64,000 nucleotides of DNA from Candidatus Latescibacterota bacterium (GCA_965207885.1 OZ242311.1:1-64000), one strand, 5' to 3'; positions 28,709 to 39,669 are shown, numbered from the stretch's first letter. The notes: generated by a model from the letters alone, not told the origin. Made by a program: numbers and translations.

Positions 28709-29467
28709 TTAAAAAACCGCTTGCCTAAAAAATACACCCGTGCATCTGGGCAGAAAAGACGCGAGATCTTCGAGATCGAGATCCACGTCCAGATCTCTCG
28801 CCGCATGACGGATGTTGTGCCAGCAATCCGCACAGTCATCTCCGGCGAGCAACCCATCGACCTGCCTCGAAAACTCCCTCGCCTCTCCGCGATCCACAGG
28901 GAAAGGATAATCAGCCGTGCGGAAAAAGTCACCAACAAAATCATAGTGCCGACGACGTTCTCTGGAAAAATCCGCATCCTTGCGATGTACAGAAAGCCAT
29001 TCTGCTGCGCGGATAAGATGATATCCAAAATACGCCATTGCCGGATTGGAAATCCGCGCCTTATTGTGCCTGGGACTCTCCACATGCACAGTGCGAATAA
29101 CCGGACCGGGCCAATAAATATCTTTGCGATACCGATCCGTGCGGCGGTCATAGCCAAAACCATCGAGTACAAAACCACTCGTCGAGCGAATCGTCAGCGC
29201 CAAACGCTTTTGTGAAAACCGATCGGGCTGCCGCATCAGGGCTTCACGCGTAAAATCTGGAATGCCAAACAGCGCACTATACGCATAACAGAACACGACA
29301 TAAGCATGTGACACCGGCAACCAGAACACCTCACCGAGCCGCCGGGACAGCGCATCGTATTTCTCATCCAGAAAAAACCGCCCATCCGACAGCGCATCAG
29401 CCACACACACGGGTTCTGTTGGAAACGCATCGACAAGTGCCTGGATAATATCGCGATTATTTTTCAT
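28709..29467 (-). CDS. Hypothetical protein, possibly MpaB/DUF2236 oxygenase-like
   Basis: 'IRTVH...ISNPAMAY' and the downstream helix pattern loosely resemble DUF2236. Confidence 0.5.
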   Translation of the reverse strand: MKNNRDIIQALVDAFPTEPVCVADALSDGRFFLDEKYDALSRRLGEVFWLPVSHAYVVFCYAYSALFGIPDFTREALMRQPDRFSQKRLALTIRSTSGFVLDGFGYDRRTDRYRKDIYWPGPVIRTVHVESPRHNKARISNPAMAYFGYHLIRAAEWLSVHRKDADFSRERRRHYDFVGDFFRTADYPFPVDRGEAREFSRQVDGLLAGDDCADCWHNIRHAARDLDVDLDLEDLASFLPRCTGVFFRQAVF

Positions 29468-29710
29468 ACATCTCTTTCCGCCATCGAAAGCATAGCATGC
29501 GCCTCATAACAAGACAAGCCTCACAAAGCATACTCAGAATTGTGTCTTCTTTCAAGTGCTTTTCTGATTGTGCGCTCAAATATCCTGCTTTTAAGATCAG
29601 AGGCGCGACGGATACTTGAAGAACCGTGTTTGAGCTTGACGGGTGCATGGAAGGCACGTAGATTTTGTCCTACTGTGCATCGCATTGAAAAACCATCACA
29701 AGGAGTAAAA

Positions 29711-31225
29711 ATGGCCGATGTCAAATCCACATATCAGAAATTGATCGCAGAAATAAAACAGATCTCCCTATTGGGATCCTGTGCCGGTGTATTGGGCTGG
29801 GACAAACAGACCTACATGCCCAAAGGCGGAGCCGGGCATCGCGCCGAGCAACTCGCACTACTCACCGGCATGGTACACGAACGTGCAACCGCCCCTCAAA
29901 TCGGCGACTATCTCGCAGAAATAGAAAACAGCGACCTCATCTCCGAACCGCATTCCGAAGCCGCAATCAACATACGAGAACTCCGCCGGGACTACGATCG
30001 GGCTATCAAACTGCCTCGAACCCTCGTCGAAGAACTCGCCCGCGTAGCCACCATCTCGCAGCAAGCATGGCGAGAAGCCCGCGAAAAATCGGATTACGCC
30101 CTGTTCCAACCCCACCTCACAAAGATCCTCGACCTGAAACATCAACAAGTAAATGCGCTGAACACGGGCGAAACATCTTACGACACACTATTAGACGACT
30201 ACGAACCCGGCGAAACCACTGAAAACCTGACCCGGGTCTTCTCGGGCCTGCGCGACGAACTCGTCGAACTCGTAGGCGCAATCGCCGAATCCGGCAAAAA
30301 ACCCGATGAAAATATTCTCACGCGCACATACCCCATAGACCAACAAGAAGAATTTGGAAAAACCGCCGCCGCACAAATCGGCTTCAACTTTGACAACGGG
30401 CGTTTAGACATCACCACCCACCCATTTTGCAGCGGCATTGGACCGGGCGACACCCGCCTGACCACGCGGTATAACACACACTTCTTTTCCGAATCATTCT
30501 TCAGCATCATGCACGAAGCGGGCCACGGCATATACGACCAGGGCTTAAACGACGAACATTACGGCACGCCCATGGGAGGATCTGTATCCCTGGGCATACA
30601 CGAATCGCAATCGCGCATGTGGGAAAACTTCGTCGGCCGCAGTGAAGCATTTTGGGCACACTTCTACCCCAAAGTGCAAGCCGCATTCCCGGACGCACTA
30701 AGCGATGTCTCCCAACGCGACTTCTACGCCGCAATCAACGCCGTCGCCCCCTCATATATCCGCGTAGAAGCCGACGAAGCCACGTACAATTTGCACATCA
30801 TGCTGCGCTTTGAAATCGAACAAGCACTCATCAACGGCGGACTAAAAGCCGAAGACGTCCCCGGCGTCTGGAACGAAACATTTGAAAAATATCTGGGACT
30901 AACACCCCCGGACGATGCTCTGGGGTGTTTGCAAGACATACACTGGAGCGGCGGAGGGATAGGGTACTTTCCAACCTATGCCCTGGGCAACTTGTACGCC
31001 GCGCAATTCTTTGAACAAGCGCGCCAGGAAGTAGGCGACCTGAATGCACAATTTGCCGAAGGCGTATTTGAACCCCTGAAGAACTGGCTAACGGAAAAAA
31101 TCTATTCTCAGGGCCAACGCTATCGCGCAAATGAACTCATCGAAGTCGTAACCGGAAAACCCCTGAGCCATGAACCCTTGATGCGGCATCTCAGGGCAAA
31201 GTACGAACCATTGTATGGAATTTAG
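29711..31225 (+). CDS. Carboxypeptidase M32 (Taq-like)
   Basis: AAGGAG RBS; HPF, HEAGH, HESQS, IRVEADE, QDIHW, YFPTY. Confidence 0.96.
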   Translation: MADVKSTYQKLIAEIKQISLLGSCAGVLGWDKQTYMPKGGAGHRAEQLALLTGMVHERATAPQIGDYLAEIENSDLISEPHSEAAINIRELRRDYDRAIKLPRTLVEELARVATISQQAWREAREKSDYALFQPHLTKILDLKHQQVNALNTGETSYDTLLDDYEPGETTENLTRVFSGLRDELVELVGAIAESGKKPDENILTRTYPIDQQEEFGKTAAAQIGFNFDNGRLDITTHPFCSGIGPGDTRLTTRYNTHFFSESFFSIMHEAGHGIYDQGLNDEHYGTPMGGSVSLGIHESQSRMWENFVGRSEAFWAHFYPKVQAAFPDALSDVSQRDFYAAINAVAPSYIRVEADEATYNLHIMLRFEIEQALINGGLKAEDVPGVWNETFEKYLGLTPPDDALGCLQDIHWSGGGIGYFPTYALGNLYAAQFFEQARQEVGDLNAQFAEGVFEPLKNWLTEKIYSQGQRYRANELIEVVTGKPLSHEPLMRHLRAKYEPLYGI

Positions 31226-31241
31226 AGAACGGCAAAACCTT

Positions 31242-31274
31242 CTGGATCGCGGCTAACATCCTGCCGCGATGACA
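31242..31274. repeat. REP-like palindrome family A, copy 3
   Basis: CTGGATCGCGGC..GCCGCGATGACA. Confidence 0.8.
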
Positions 31275-31296
31275 GCTTCATGCATAGCTTAACCGA

Positions 31297-32274
31297 ATGG
31301 AGCGACCATTGAACAAACAACCCATCATCTTAGACACCGACCCCGGCGTGGATGACGCGCTGGCCATCATGCTCGCCCTGGGATCCCCGGAACTCGACGT
31401 AATAGGCATCTGCACAGTAAGCGGCAACGTCCCTCTCAACACCGGCACGCGCAACGCACAGGGATTATTGCAACTATTGGACCGCACAGAAATACCCGTC
31501 TTCGCAGGCGCGGACCAGCCCTTAAAACGCGACCCCGTATTTGCAACCGAAGTCCATGGCGAAAGCGGCATGGGACAAGCCGTATTGCCAGAACCCGCCC
31601 TGGACGTGCGTGGCAATGCGGTTGATTTCCTCGTGCAAACCCTATCCGATCAACCCGGTGAAATCACAATAATAGCCGTCGGACCCCTGACAAATCTGGC
31701 ACTGGCCGAACAGCGCCAGCCGGGAACGCTTCAAAAAGCCAAACAGGTCATCGTAATGGGCGGCGCCATTGCAGAAACGGGCAACTCAACACCCGTAGCA
31801 GAATTCAACTTTTACGCCGACCCTCACGCTGCCCAGATAGTCGTCCATTCGGACGCAGCACTTCTGATCGTACCATTAGACGCAACGCGTCAGGTCGTAT
31901 TATCCGAAACAGATATCGAAAACCAGATCGCATCTCTGAAAACAGTCGCATCTCAATTCGTCGTCGATGCCGTACAAAACGTATTCGCACTCTATCGACA
32001 ACTCGAACGCGAGCCAATCGTGTACCTGCACGACCCACTCGCCGTAGGCGCGGCCATCGCATCCGAACTCCTCCGCTCAGAAACCCTGTACATCGACATA
32101 GAAACATCGGGCGACCTCACCATGGGCCAGGTCGTCACAGACCGCCGCGGCCTGCCCCCGCCCTATCGTCTTGGAGAACCCGTCAACTGCGCGATGCACG
32201 TCAATGCCGAAGCATTTTTATCTCTATTTCTAACGCGGATTTTCAAAAGCGCGAATAGACGAATAGACGAATAG
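31297..32274 (+). CDS. Nucleoside hydrolase (IU-NH family)
   Basis: DTDPGVDD, GPLTNLA, AEFNFYADP, HDP. Last codons and stop lie in the octamer array; start may be TTG 31309. Confidence 0.93.
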   Translation: MERPLNKQPIILDTDPGVDDALAIMLALGSPELDVIGICTVSGNVPLNTGTRNAQGLLQLLDRTEIPVFAGADQPLKRDPVFATEVHGESGMGQAVLPEPALDVRGNAVDFLVQTLSDQPGEITIIAVGPLTNLALAEQRQPGTLQKAKQVIVMGGAIAETGNSTPVAEFNFYADPHAAQIVVHSDAALLIVPLDATRQVVLSETDIENQIASLKTVASQFVVDAVQNVFALYRQLEREPIVYLHDPLAVGAAIASELLRSETLYIDIETSGDLTMGQVVTDRRGLPPPYRLGEPVNCAMHVNAEAFLSLFLTRIFKSANRRIDE

Positions 32275-32392
32275 ACGAATAGACGAATAGACGAATAGAC
32301 GAATAGACGAATAGACGAATGGCGATACACGCTGATTTTGGGAGGATGGGCGGGGTTCGTTGATTCGTAGATTCGTAGATTCGTAGATTCGC
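32252..32392. repeat. Inverted octamer-array element, copy 2
   Basis: (CGAATAGA)x8, spacer, TTTGGGAGGATGGGCGGGGTTCG, (TWGATTCG)x4. Confidence 0.9.
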
Positions 32393-32398
32393 ATCACC

Positions 32399-33364
32399 TC
32401 ACGGCCTCTCTCGCAGCCTCAGATAACTCTGATAGCGTTCAAGCGAGACCTCACCATCATCCACAGCCGCCCTCACCGCGCAACTGGGTTCGTGGACATG
32501 CGAACAATCGCGAAACCGACAACCGCCGAGAAACGGGTGAAAATCTCTAAAAAGAACGGGAACATCTTCGGGACTTATATCGTACAGATAAAACTCTCGA
32601 ACACCGGGCATATCGCCGACAAACCCTCCCCCATCAAGCGCGACCAATTCCGTATGGGTCGTCGTATGTATGCCCTCGCCCGTAGCCTTGCTAACAGGTC
32701 CTGTACGCAATTGCAATCCCGGTTGCAACCAATTGAGCAAACTCGACTTTCCAACGCCGGAAGCCCCCATAAAAAGGGTAATCTTCCCGCGCAAAAGATC
32801 GAAAAACACCTCTCTACCCGCATCGGAAATAATACTGGTATAAACCACGGGATATCCCATTGCCCTGTACGGACGCATAACCCGATCTGCCCAGGCCTCA
32901 TCGGCGAGATCGAGCTTATTGAGACACAGTGACACCGGTATTTGCTGCCACTCTGCAATACCCAACATGCGATCCAGCAAAATCCAATCCGGATCTGGCT
33001 CACCCGCAGACACAATGGGAACAACCTGATCGATATTGGCAGCTAAAAGCTGCTCTCTATAAGACCCGCCAGACGCGCGCCGAGAAACCTTATTACTGCG
33101 GGGACACACCTCGCGAATCATACCCCTATTATCGGCACCCTCAGAAAAAACCACGCGATCCCCAACCGCAACCGGATCAATCACGCGCACCCGCCTGACA
33201 GACTGCACGCGGCGGCGGCGCGAACCCGGCGCAGCTTCGGGATATTCGAGCTGTTTCCGCAAACGAGTCGAAAGCGCGCACATCACCACGCGATCGGCGG
33301 TCTGGACGACATAATTGCCGAGGTGATGGCGGATAACAGTACCTTCATTATCAGATTTAGACAT
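32399..33364 (-). CDS. rsgA: Ribosome small subunit-dependent GTPase A
   Basis: AVGD, NKLD, GASGVGKS, HTTT, D.PG, CRFRDCSHVHEPSC. Confidence 0.95.
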   Translation of the reverse strand: MSKSDNEGTVIRHHLGNYVVQTADRVVMCALSTRLRKQLEYPEAAPGSRRRRVQSVRRVRVIDPVAVGDRVVFSEGADNRGMIREVCPRSNKVSRRASGGSYREQLLAANIDQVVPIVSAGEPDPDWILLDRMLGIAEWQQIPVSLCLNKLDLADEAWADRVMRPYRAMGYPVVYTSIISDAGREVFFDLLRGKITLFMGASGVGKSSLLNWLQPGLQLRTGPVSKATGEGIHTTTHTELVALDGGGFVGDMPGVREFYLYDISPEDVPVLFRDFHPFLGGCRFRDCSHVHEPSCAVRAAVDDGEVSLERYQSYLRLRERP

Positions 33365-33400
33365 AGCTACTCAGAGCCTTCTCACTGTAATGGACGCCCC

Positions 33401-33482
33401 AAAATAACGCCCGCCAGATGTACTTGTCAAGCGCCGCAGCCTTTGCAAACGGGTTGACATTTAACGGGGTTTTCTCCATATT
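33401..33482. promoter_or_regulatory. Divergent sigma70-like promoters
   Basis: Plus strand TTGACA(33454)-17-CATATT; minus strand TTGACA(33430)-18-TATTTT. Confidence 0.45.
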
Positions 33483-33521
33483 TCCCCGACATTTACAGAC
33501 TGACTAAAAAAAGGAAAAATA

Positions 33522-34271
33522 ATGAGACGCGACCTCAACCCATTTTTGTCGAACTGGGATTATGACCCCACTGATATTTGTGTACGCAAAATTCAGGGCC
33601 TGGACGGACGGAAAAAATTGCAAGTACGCCTGGATCTGGGCGTAATGCAAATGGAGTTAAATGATCGGCCCGACGGAACGCGTCCGCACGGCCATTTTTC
33701 ATTGCTCGAATACTATTTAGACCAGCTCGAAGCCGAACAAGCGCAATCTGGCACAGATGAAAACTTTTATCTCGACAGAGAGGCGTGCCTCGAATTGAGT
33801 CAAGAGGGATTGTTATTTTATCACCGCTATGTCTGTCTGATGCGATTGGGCGATTTTGAAGCAGTCGCGCGCGACACCGCCCACAATCTGGCACTACTGG
33901 ATCTCGTGCGGGCTTATGCCAAAAATGAACAAGACCGGGAAATATTTGAACACTATCGGCCTTACGTACTCATGATACACACCCGTGCGCGAGGTGAAGT
34001 CTGTTTGCAAAAAGGCGATCATTCCGGTGCCCTGAATCACATTGAAAACGGAATCGACAAAATTCAAACATGTATGGCAAATTCCGGCATTGAAGCAGAC
34101 GAAGAAATCGAAGCCCTCTCGGAATGGGCCGAAGAAATAGAACGCGATCGTCCAATCACCTTGCAACAAAAACTGGCACAAAAACTCCAAAAAGCCATTG
34201 CCGAAGAGCGATATGAACAAGCGGCTCGGTTGAGAGACAAGCTCATCTCGCTGGAAAAAAACAATTTGTAA
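33522..34271 (+). CDS. UvrB/UvrC motif-containing protein
   Basis: 'LQVRLDLGVMQME...RPDG.RPHG'; C-terminal 'LQKAIAEERYEQAARLRD'. Confidence 0.85.
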   Translation: MRRDLNPFLSNWDYDPTDICVRKIQGLDGRKKLQVRLDLGVMQMELNDRPDGTRPHGHFSLLEYYLDQLEAEQAQSGTDENFYLDREACLELSQEGLLFYHRYVCLMRLGDFEAVARDTAHNLALLDLVRAYAKNEQDREIFEHYRPYVLMIHTRARGEVCLQKGDHSGALNHIENGIDKIQTCMANSGIEADEEIEALSEWAEEIERDRPITLQQKLAQKLQKAIAEERYEQAARLRDKLISLEKNNL

Positions 34272-34297
34272 AAGCCTCAACCCGGGCATCACAATGC

Positions 34298-34347
34298 AAA
34301 AACATCCTGATTCTAAACACCGATGTGTTTTCGAATCGGGATTTTTT
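34298..34347 (+). terminator. Intrinsic terminator
   Basis: ATCCTGATTC...GAATCGGGAT followed by a T-run. Confidence 0.6.
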
Positions 34348-34371
34348 GTATCTCACCTGTAAAGGCCGTCA

Positions 34372-35601
34372 ATGGGCTATGAATGGATCATAATCAGACG
34401 ACACCTCTTCAGCGTTGGTCGTCGCATGGGATTAACCACAATCATTGCCATCATCGGTGTCGGGCTGGGCGTTGGGGCACTCGTCATCACCCTATCGGTA
34501 ATGAATGGCTATGCAGACATGATCTTTGACCGCCAGGTAGGCATCAATCCCCATATAACCGTGCGGCGCCCGTACAGCGAACGCATAGAAAATTACGCAC
34601 CCATCGTCCAATTGCTCGAAAAACATCCCGAAGTAGTCGGCGCCAATCCCGTCATAGAAACAGAAGGTTATGTACTGAGCAGGGTCAAAGATGTGGGCAC
34701 TGTCACATCGGGCGTATTGGTGCGGGGCGTAGATGGCATTGTGAAAAGCAGCGACATCGCCCATCACATAACCGAAGGGAAAATGGAATTAACCCACATT
34801 GAAGGCAATACCTTTGGAATCGCAATAGGCAAAACACTCGCCGAAAAATTGGGTGCCTCCGTGGGATCAAAAATTCGCCTGCTGGCCGCCCCTAAAGACC
34901 TCACCAACATACCCCCCCTTCGACAATATGTGATAACCGGCATTTTTGAAACGGGATTTTACGAATTTGACGCCTCACTAATCTACATATCCCTCGCGGC
35001 TGCACAACGGGACCTGCAATGGGGTGACCTGGCAACGGGCATTCAAGTACGCCTCGTCAATGCATTTGAAGCCGATCGCGTCAGCGTTGAATTGCGAGAG
35101 ACATTGGCGACAACGTATTCCGATATGTTCCCCACATCGTGGATGTATGCCCAGGGCAATCTGTACGCGTGGATCCAGTTGCAAAAATGGGCGAGTTTTG
35201 TGGTCTTGAGCTTGATCGTGGTCGTCGCGGGATTCAACATCATCAGCATACTAACCATGACCGTAAATGAGCGCAGACGCGAAATTGGCATCTTAAAAGC
35301 AATGGGAGCAGCACCCAAAAGCATCGCCCAAATTTTTTCCCGTGAAGGCCTGATAATCGGCGCGAGCGGCGTGTTATTCGGCAACATATTGGGCGGGGGC
35401 CTGTGCTGGATACAAAAAGTCTATGCGCCCATATCGCTCTCCGGCGATGTTTATTTCATCAACGCCCTCCCCGTAACCATAAACATACTGGACTTCGCGA
35501 TGACCTCTGCACTGGCATTGTTATTATGCCTCGTATTTGCCCGCTGGCCCGCAAAACGAGCGGCAACACTGGACCCCGTAGAATCCATTAGATATGAATA
35601 A
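34372..35601 (+). CDS. LolC/E-family lipoprotein-releasing ABC permease
   Basis: 'GVGALVITLSVMNG', 'VAGFNIISILTMTV.ERRREIGILKAMGA', 'VYFINALP'. Confidence 0.9.
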   Translation: MGYEWIIIRRHLFSVGRRMGLTTIIAIIGVGLGVGALVITLSVMNGYADMIFDRQVGINPHITVRRPYSERIENYAPIVQLLEKHPEVVGANPVIETEGYVLSRVKDVGTVTSGVLVRGVDGIVKSSDIAHHITEGKMELTHIEGNTFGIAIGKTLAEKLGASVGSKIRLLAAPKDLTNIPPLRQYVITGIFETGFYEFDASLIYISLAAAQRDLQWGDLATGIQVRLVNAFEADRVSVELRETLATTYSDMFPTSWMYAQGNLYAWIQLQKWASFVVLSLIVVVAGFNIISILTMTVNERRREIGILKAMGAAPKSIAQIFSREGLIIGASGVLFGNILGGGLCWIQKVYAPISLSGDVYFINALPVTINILDFAMTSALALLLCLVFARWPAKRAATLDPVESIRYE

Positions 35602-36865
35602 TACCTATGAATACTTCATCGCGCGGCGACTCATGCGCGCCATGCGCCAGCAGCGTCAGATATCGTTTACCGCAGCCATAGCTATTACAGGCGTAACCAT
35701 TGGGGTTGCCGCCCTCGTAATAGTCCTGTCCGTTTTCAACGGCTTCTCGTCTCTATTGTGGGACAGCCTGTTGAGCGTAAGCCCGCATATCGTCGTACAA
35801 AAACCCCATGCACAGCCCATGCCGCCCAACGAAGAACAAATCGAACAATTAAAAAAATTGGCCTCTGTACGCGCAGCAGCACCTTTTATATCAACCGAAG
35901 GATTTGCGCTCCGGCGACCCCCTGGCGGCGAAATGATCCAGGCTGGCGTAGCCGTGCGGGGAATAGACGCCGCGCAACTGGCAAAAATTACAGACCTGAA
36001 TGCATATTTATGGGCAGGCGACCTCGACCTGAACATTCAACCACCCGACCCCGATCAGGACGCGCGCGCTACCAGACGCGCCAAAGTATATGGCACGGCC
36101 ATTGGACGCGTACTCGCAGACCGGCTCGGCGCAGTAATCGGCACCGAAATCATGCTGGGACTGGTCCCCAAAGAAGTCTTAATGGGACAACAACCGCAAT
36201 TATGGCCCTACAAAGTAACAGCCATCTTTCACACCGGACTGGATGAACTCGACTCCGCACTCGCTTTTGTATCGCTCGAAGCGGCACAACGTGACCTGGG
36301 GTGGCGCGATCAGATCTCGGGCATCCAGATTCGGCTCGCCGAGCCATTTGAAGCACATCACATCGCACCCACCCTTCCCATAGGAACGGATTTTGACGTC
36401 ATAACCTGGATGGACACACACCGCAATCTGTATGCATCCATCCGTCTGGAAAAATGGTTTAGCTCCCTGGTACTGTGTCTCATCGTAATGGTAGCCGGAT
36501 TCAATATCGTCAGCATTTTGACCATGACAGTAGGCGACAGACAGCGCGACATCGGCATATTAAAAGCAATGGGCGCAACACCGCGTGCAATTGGCAAAAT
36601 CTTCACACTCAAGGGCCTGGGCGTTGGCCTGACGGGCGTCGTCTTTGGCAATGCAATTGGCTATCTCCTGTGCTGGTCGCAACAAACCTTTGAATGGATC
36701 AAACTCCCCGGTCAAATTTACATCATCCAGGCACTACCCGTAAAAATGCTCGCCATTGATTTTGCATACATCTCTCTCGCATCTGTAGGCCTGTGCTTCG
36801 CATTCGCCCTCTTGCCCGCCCGCAAAGCCGCCTCACTTGCGCCCATCGTGGCATTGAGGGAATAA
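35594..36865 (+). CDS. LolC/E-family lipoprotein-releasing ABC permease
   Basis: Same motifs; overlapping paralog. Confidence 0.9.
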   Translation: MNNTYEYFIARRLMRAMRQQRQISFTAAIAITGVTIGVAALVIVLSVFNGFSSLLWDSLLSVSPHIVVQKPHAQPMPPNEEQIEQLKKLASVRAAAPFISTEGFALRRPPGGEMIQAGVAVRGIDAAQLAKITDLNAYLWAGDLDLNIQPPDPDQDARATRRAKVYGTAIGRVLADRLGAVIGTEIMLGLVPKEVLMGQQPQLWPYKVTAIFHTGLDELDSALAFVSLEAAQRDLGWRDQISGIQIRLAEPFEAHHIAPTLPIGTDFDVITWMDTHRNLYASIRLEKWFSSLVLCLIVMVAGFNIVSILTMTVGDRQRDIGILKAMGATPRAIGKIFTLKGLGVGLTGVVFGNAIGYLLCWSQQTFEWIKLPGQIYIIQALPVKMLAIDFAYISLASVGLCFAFALLPARKAASLAPIVALRE

Positions 36866-36870
36866 ACACC

Positions 36871-37326
36871 ATGCAAAAGCTGAATTTCCCAACCTCATCC
36901 ACATTTGACATCGCAAACCGCGACGGAAGCGAAATGATCTTAGACCCCCTCCGTCAAAAATACGTGGTATTAACCCCTGAAGAATGGGTGCGTCAGAATT
37001 TTGTGCGATACTTAATCGAAGGATTGGGCTACCCACAGGGACGCACCGCAATCGAAACCGGATTTGTATTTCAGGGCATGCAGTGTCGCGCCGATGTACT
37101 CGTATATGACGCAAAAGGAAAAGCACTTCTAATGGCAGAATGCAAAGCCCCCGAAATAAAAATCACCCAACAGGTCTTTGATCAGATTGGGCGATACAAT
37201 ACAGTCGTACAGGCCACCTATCTCATAGTGACGAATGGCCTGCAACATTATTGCTGCGCAATTGATCGAAAAAACAACGCATATCGCTTTATAGACACAC
37301 TGCCGCGATATGGAGATATAACATAA
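36871..37326 (+). CDS. Type I restriction HsdR N-terminal-domain protein (stand-alone)
   Basis: 'LTPEEWVRQ', 'RADV', 'ECKAP', 'TNGLQH'. Confidence 0.88.
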   Translation: MQKLNFPTSSTFDIANRDGSEMILDPLRQKYVVLTPEEWVRQNFVRYLIEGLGYPQGRTAIETGFVFQGMQCRADVLVYDAKGKALLMAECKAPEIKITQQVFDQIGRYNTVVQATYLIVTNGLQHYCCAIDRKNNAYRFIDTLPRYGDIT

Positions 37327-37338
37327 AAAGGAGATCTC

Positions 37339-38928
37339 ATGATTGATCTACTGAGCTTTATCGTCGTACTCTGCGTATTAATCTCCTGCGCCACAACCGC
37401 GTGGGCAGAAGGAAACCACAGCAAATTGGTATATCCGGGACCTGACGGACGGCTGGTCTATGTACCGGATGAAAAGGGCAATATAATCCCGGACTTCTCG
37501 CACTGCGGGTACATGGGTGGCGGTGTGGCACTGCCAGATATACCCGTCGTATTGACCGTTCGCCCCCAGGCCGAAGGAGACGACACAGCGCGATTGCAAG
37601 CGGCAATTGACGACCTATCTGCGCGCGCACCGGACGCCAATGGATTTCGCGGAACCTTATTACTCAAACGCGGAAAATATCGCATTGGTGGAACCCTGCA
37701 CATTCGGACAAGCGGCGTCGTACTCCGCGGTCAGGGCGAAGGTGAAAACGGCACAGCATTGATCGCAACGGGAAAAGGAAAGCGCACATTGATCGAATTT
37801 AAAGGCCAGGGACGCAGACCGCGAGAAATAGAAAACACGCGACAGAAAATCGTAGATAACTACGTCCCCGTAGGCGCAAAAATATTTTCTATAGAAGATG
37901 CTTCGAATTTCGCACCAGGCGACGCGATCATCGTACATCGCCCCAGCACCGCAAAGTGGATCGCAACCATAGGCATGGACCGCATAGAAATGAAACACCC
38001 CGGCGTTCGGCAATGGAACCCCGGCTCTTACGACTTCCACTTTGACCGCACCATAACCGCCATAAAAGGCAACCAGATAACAATCGACGCACCAATGGGC
38101 AACGCGATAGAACGCGAATACGGCGGCGGATCGATTTACAAATACGAATACCCCGGGCGCATTGAACAGGTCGGCATCGAAAACTTGCGCGGTGTATCGG
38201 AATTTGATAAAGAAAAAAAGGATCCTCGGCGAGAAAACGAATACATCGACGAAGACCACGCCTGGAACTTCGTCGTATTCTCCTATGTACAAAATGCCTG
38301 GGCGCGCGACATCACCTCGATCCACTTTGGCTATGCGTGTGTAACCATTGGCAACCAGGCAAAATGGATGACCGTACAGGATAGTCAGTGCCTCGACCCC
38401 GTATCAAAAATCACCGGATCGCGGCGCTACTCCTTCCCCATCCACGGACAATTATCCCTCGTACAACGGTGTTATACCCGACGCGGTCGTCACGATTATG
38501 TACTACACGCCCGCGTACCGGGACCAAATGCATTCGTGGATTGCGTAGCGGACATCGCGCACTCCGACACCGGACCCCATCACCGCTGGTCTGTCTGCAC
38601 CCTATTTGACAACGTAATCGTAAACGGCAACGCCATCAACGTACAGGACCGGCAAAGTTCGGGCACCGGCCACGGCTGGGCAGGCGCACAAAAAGTATTG
38701 TGGAATTGCGAGGCAGAGAGTTTTATCTTACAAAAACCCCCAACATCGCAAAATTACGCCATCGGCTGCATCGGCGAAAAACGAGATGGACGGTACAAAC
38801 GCAAAGATGGATACTGGGAATCGCATGGACAAAAAGTAGTTCCGCGCAGTCTGTACTTAAAACAACTCGAAGATCGCCTGGGCACAGAAGCCCTAAAAGC
38901 AATAGGCGCATACGGGAAGGGAGATTAA
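37339..38928 (+). CDS. Secreted beta-helix (pectate lyase-like) protein
   Basis: Signal peptide; 'PDFSHCGY.GG', 'DDTARLQAAID', 'SGVVLRGQG', 'GHGWAG'. Confidence 0.75.
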   Translation: MIDLLSFIVVLCVLISCATTAWAEGNHSKLVYPGPDGRLVYVPDEKGNIIPDFSHCGYMGGGVALPDIPVVLTVRPQAEGDDTARLQAAIDDLSARAPDANGFRGTLLLKRGKYRIGGTLHIRTSGVVLRGQGEGENGTALIATGKGKRTLIEFKGQGRRPREIENTRQKIVDNYVPVGAKIFSIEDASNFAPGDAIIVHRPSTAKWIATIGMDRIEMKHPGVRQWNPGSYDFHFDRTITAIKGNQITIDAPMGNAIEREYGGGSIYKYEYPGRIEQVGIENLRGVSEFDKEKKDPRRENEYIDEDHAWNFVVFSYVQNAWARDITSIHFGYACVTIGNQAKWMTVQDSQCLDPVSKITGSRRYSFPIHGQLSLVQRCYTRRGRHDYVLHARVPGPNAFVDCVADIAHSDTGPHHRWSVCTLFDNVIVNGNAINVQDRQSSGTGHGWAGAQKVLWNCEAESFILQKPPTSQNYAIGCIGEKRDGRYKRKDGYWESHGQKVVPRSLYLKQLEDRLGTEALKAIGAYGKGD

Positions 38929-39669
38929 ATGGCAAAACGCAAACGACGACCACAAGCGGGACCGGAATTTATGCGGCGCACACAGTTTAAGAACCTGGGC
39001 CCAACCGGTCAGGCGCGCAGAGAACCACCGCCCATGCCCGAATTGCATTACCAGGGCGAAACAATAGACCTGCCCGAACCCGCGCAGATCGAAACAACGC
39101 AAATCGACCTGCGCCAGGCCATAGACGAGCGCAAAAGCGAGCGGGTATTCTTCGATGAACCCATCACGCTGAATGAGCTAACCTACTTACTCTGGGCAAC
39201 GCAGGGCGTAAAAGAATTTGAACAGGGCGAAACATTTCGCACCGTACCATCGGCAGGTGCGCGCCACGCATTTGAAACCTATATCGTAGCGAACAACGTG
39301 GAAGGATCGGACCGCGGGTTATATCGATACCTATCTATGGGACACAAACTGGGAATAATCGACCAATCAGACGAAATTGGCGAAAGAATTGCCAACACCA
39401 CCTTGCAACCCGAACTGATCCAGACAAGTGCCGCCACATTCATCTGGACAACAGTAGCCGCGCGAATGACCTGGCGCTACGGCGACCGGGGATATCGCTA
39501 CATCCACCTCGATGCCGGCCATGTGGGACAGAACCTGTACCTGGGCGCCATGGCCGTAAACTGCCGCGCCTGCACCAGTGCGGCATTCAACGACGACGAA
39601 TTAAATCGGGCACTCAAACTCGACGGCGTCGGACATTTTGCCGTATATTTCGGCTCAGTTGGAAAGTAA
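38929..39669 (+). CDS. SagB/ThcOx family dehydrogenase (nitroreductase fold)
   Basis: 'RKSER.F', 'LLWATQG', 'RTVPSAGARH..E', 'RGYRYIHLDAGHVGQN'. Confidence 0.9.
   Translation: MAKRKRRPQAGPEFMRRTQFKNLGPTGQARREPPPMPELHYQGETIDLPEPAQIETTQIDLRQAIDERKSERVFFDEPITLNELTYLLWATQGVKEFEQGETFRTVPSAGARHAFETYIVANNVEGSDRGLYRYLSMGHKLGIIDQSDEIGERIANTTLQPELIQTSAATFIWTTVAARMTWRYGDRGYRYIHLDAGHVGQNLYLGAMAVNCRACTSAAFNDDELNRALKLDGVGHFAVYFGSVGK

Noticed and set aside
36871-37326. Type I restriction-modification system
   Set aside because: Only a stand-alone HsdR_N-like domain in a housekeeping context; no hsdM or hsdS.
38929-39669. RiPP (TOMM) biosynthetic cluster
   Set aside because: No YcaO, precursor peptide or transporter nearby; stand-alone SagB-like genes are common.
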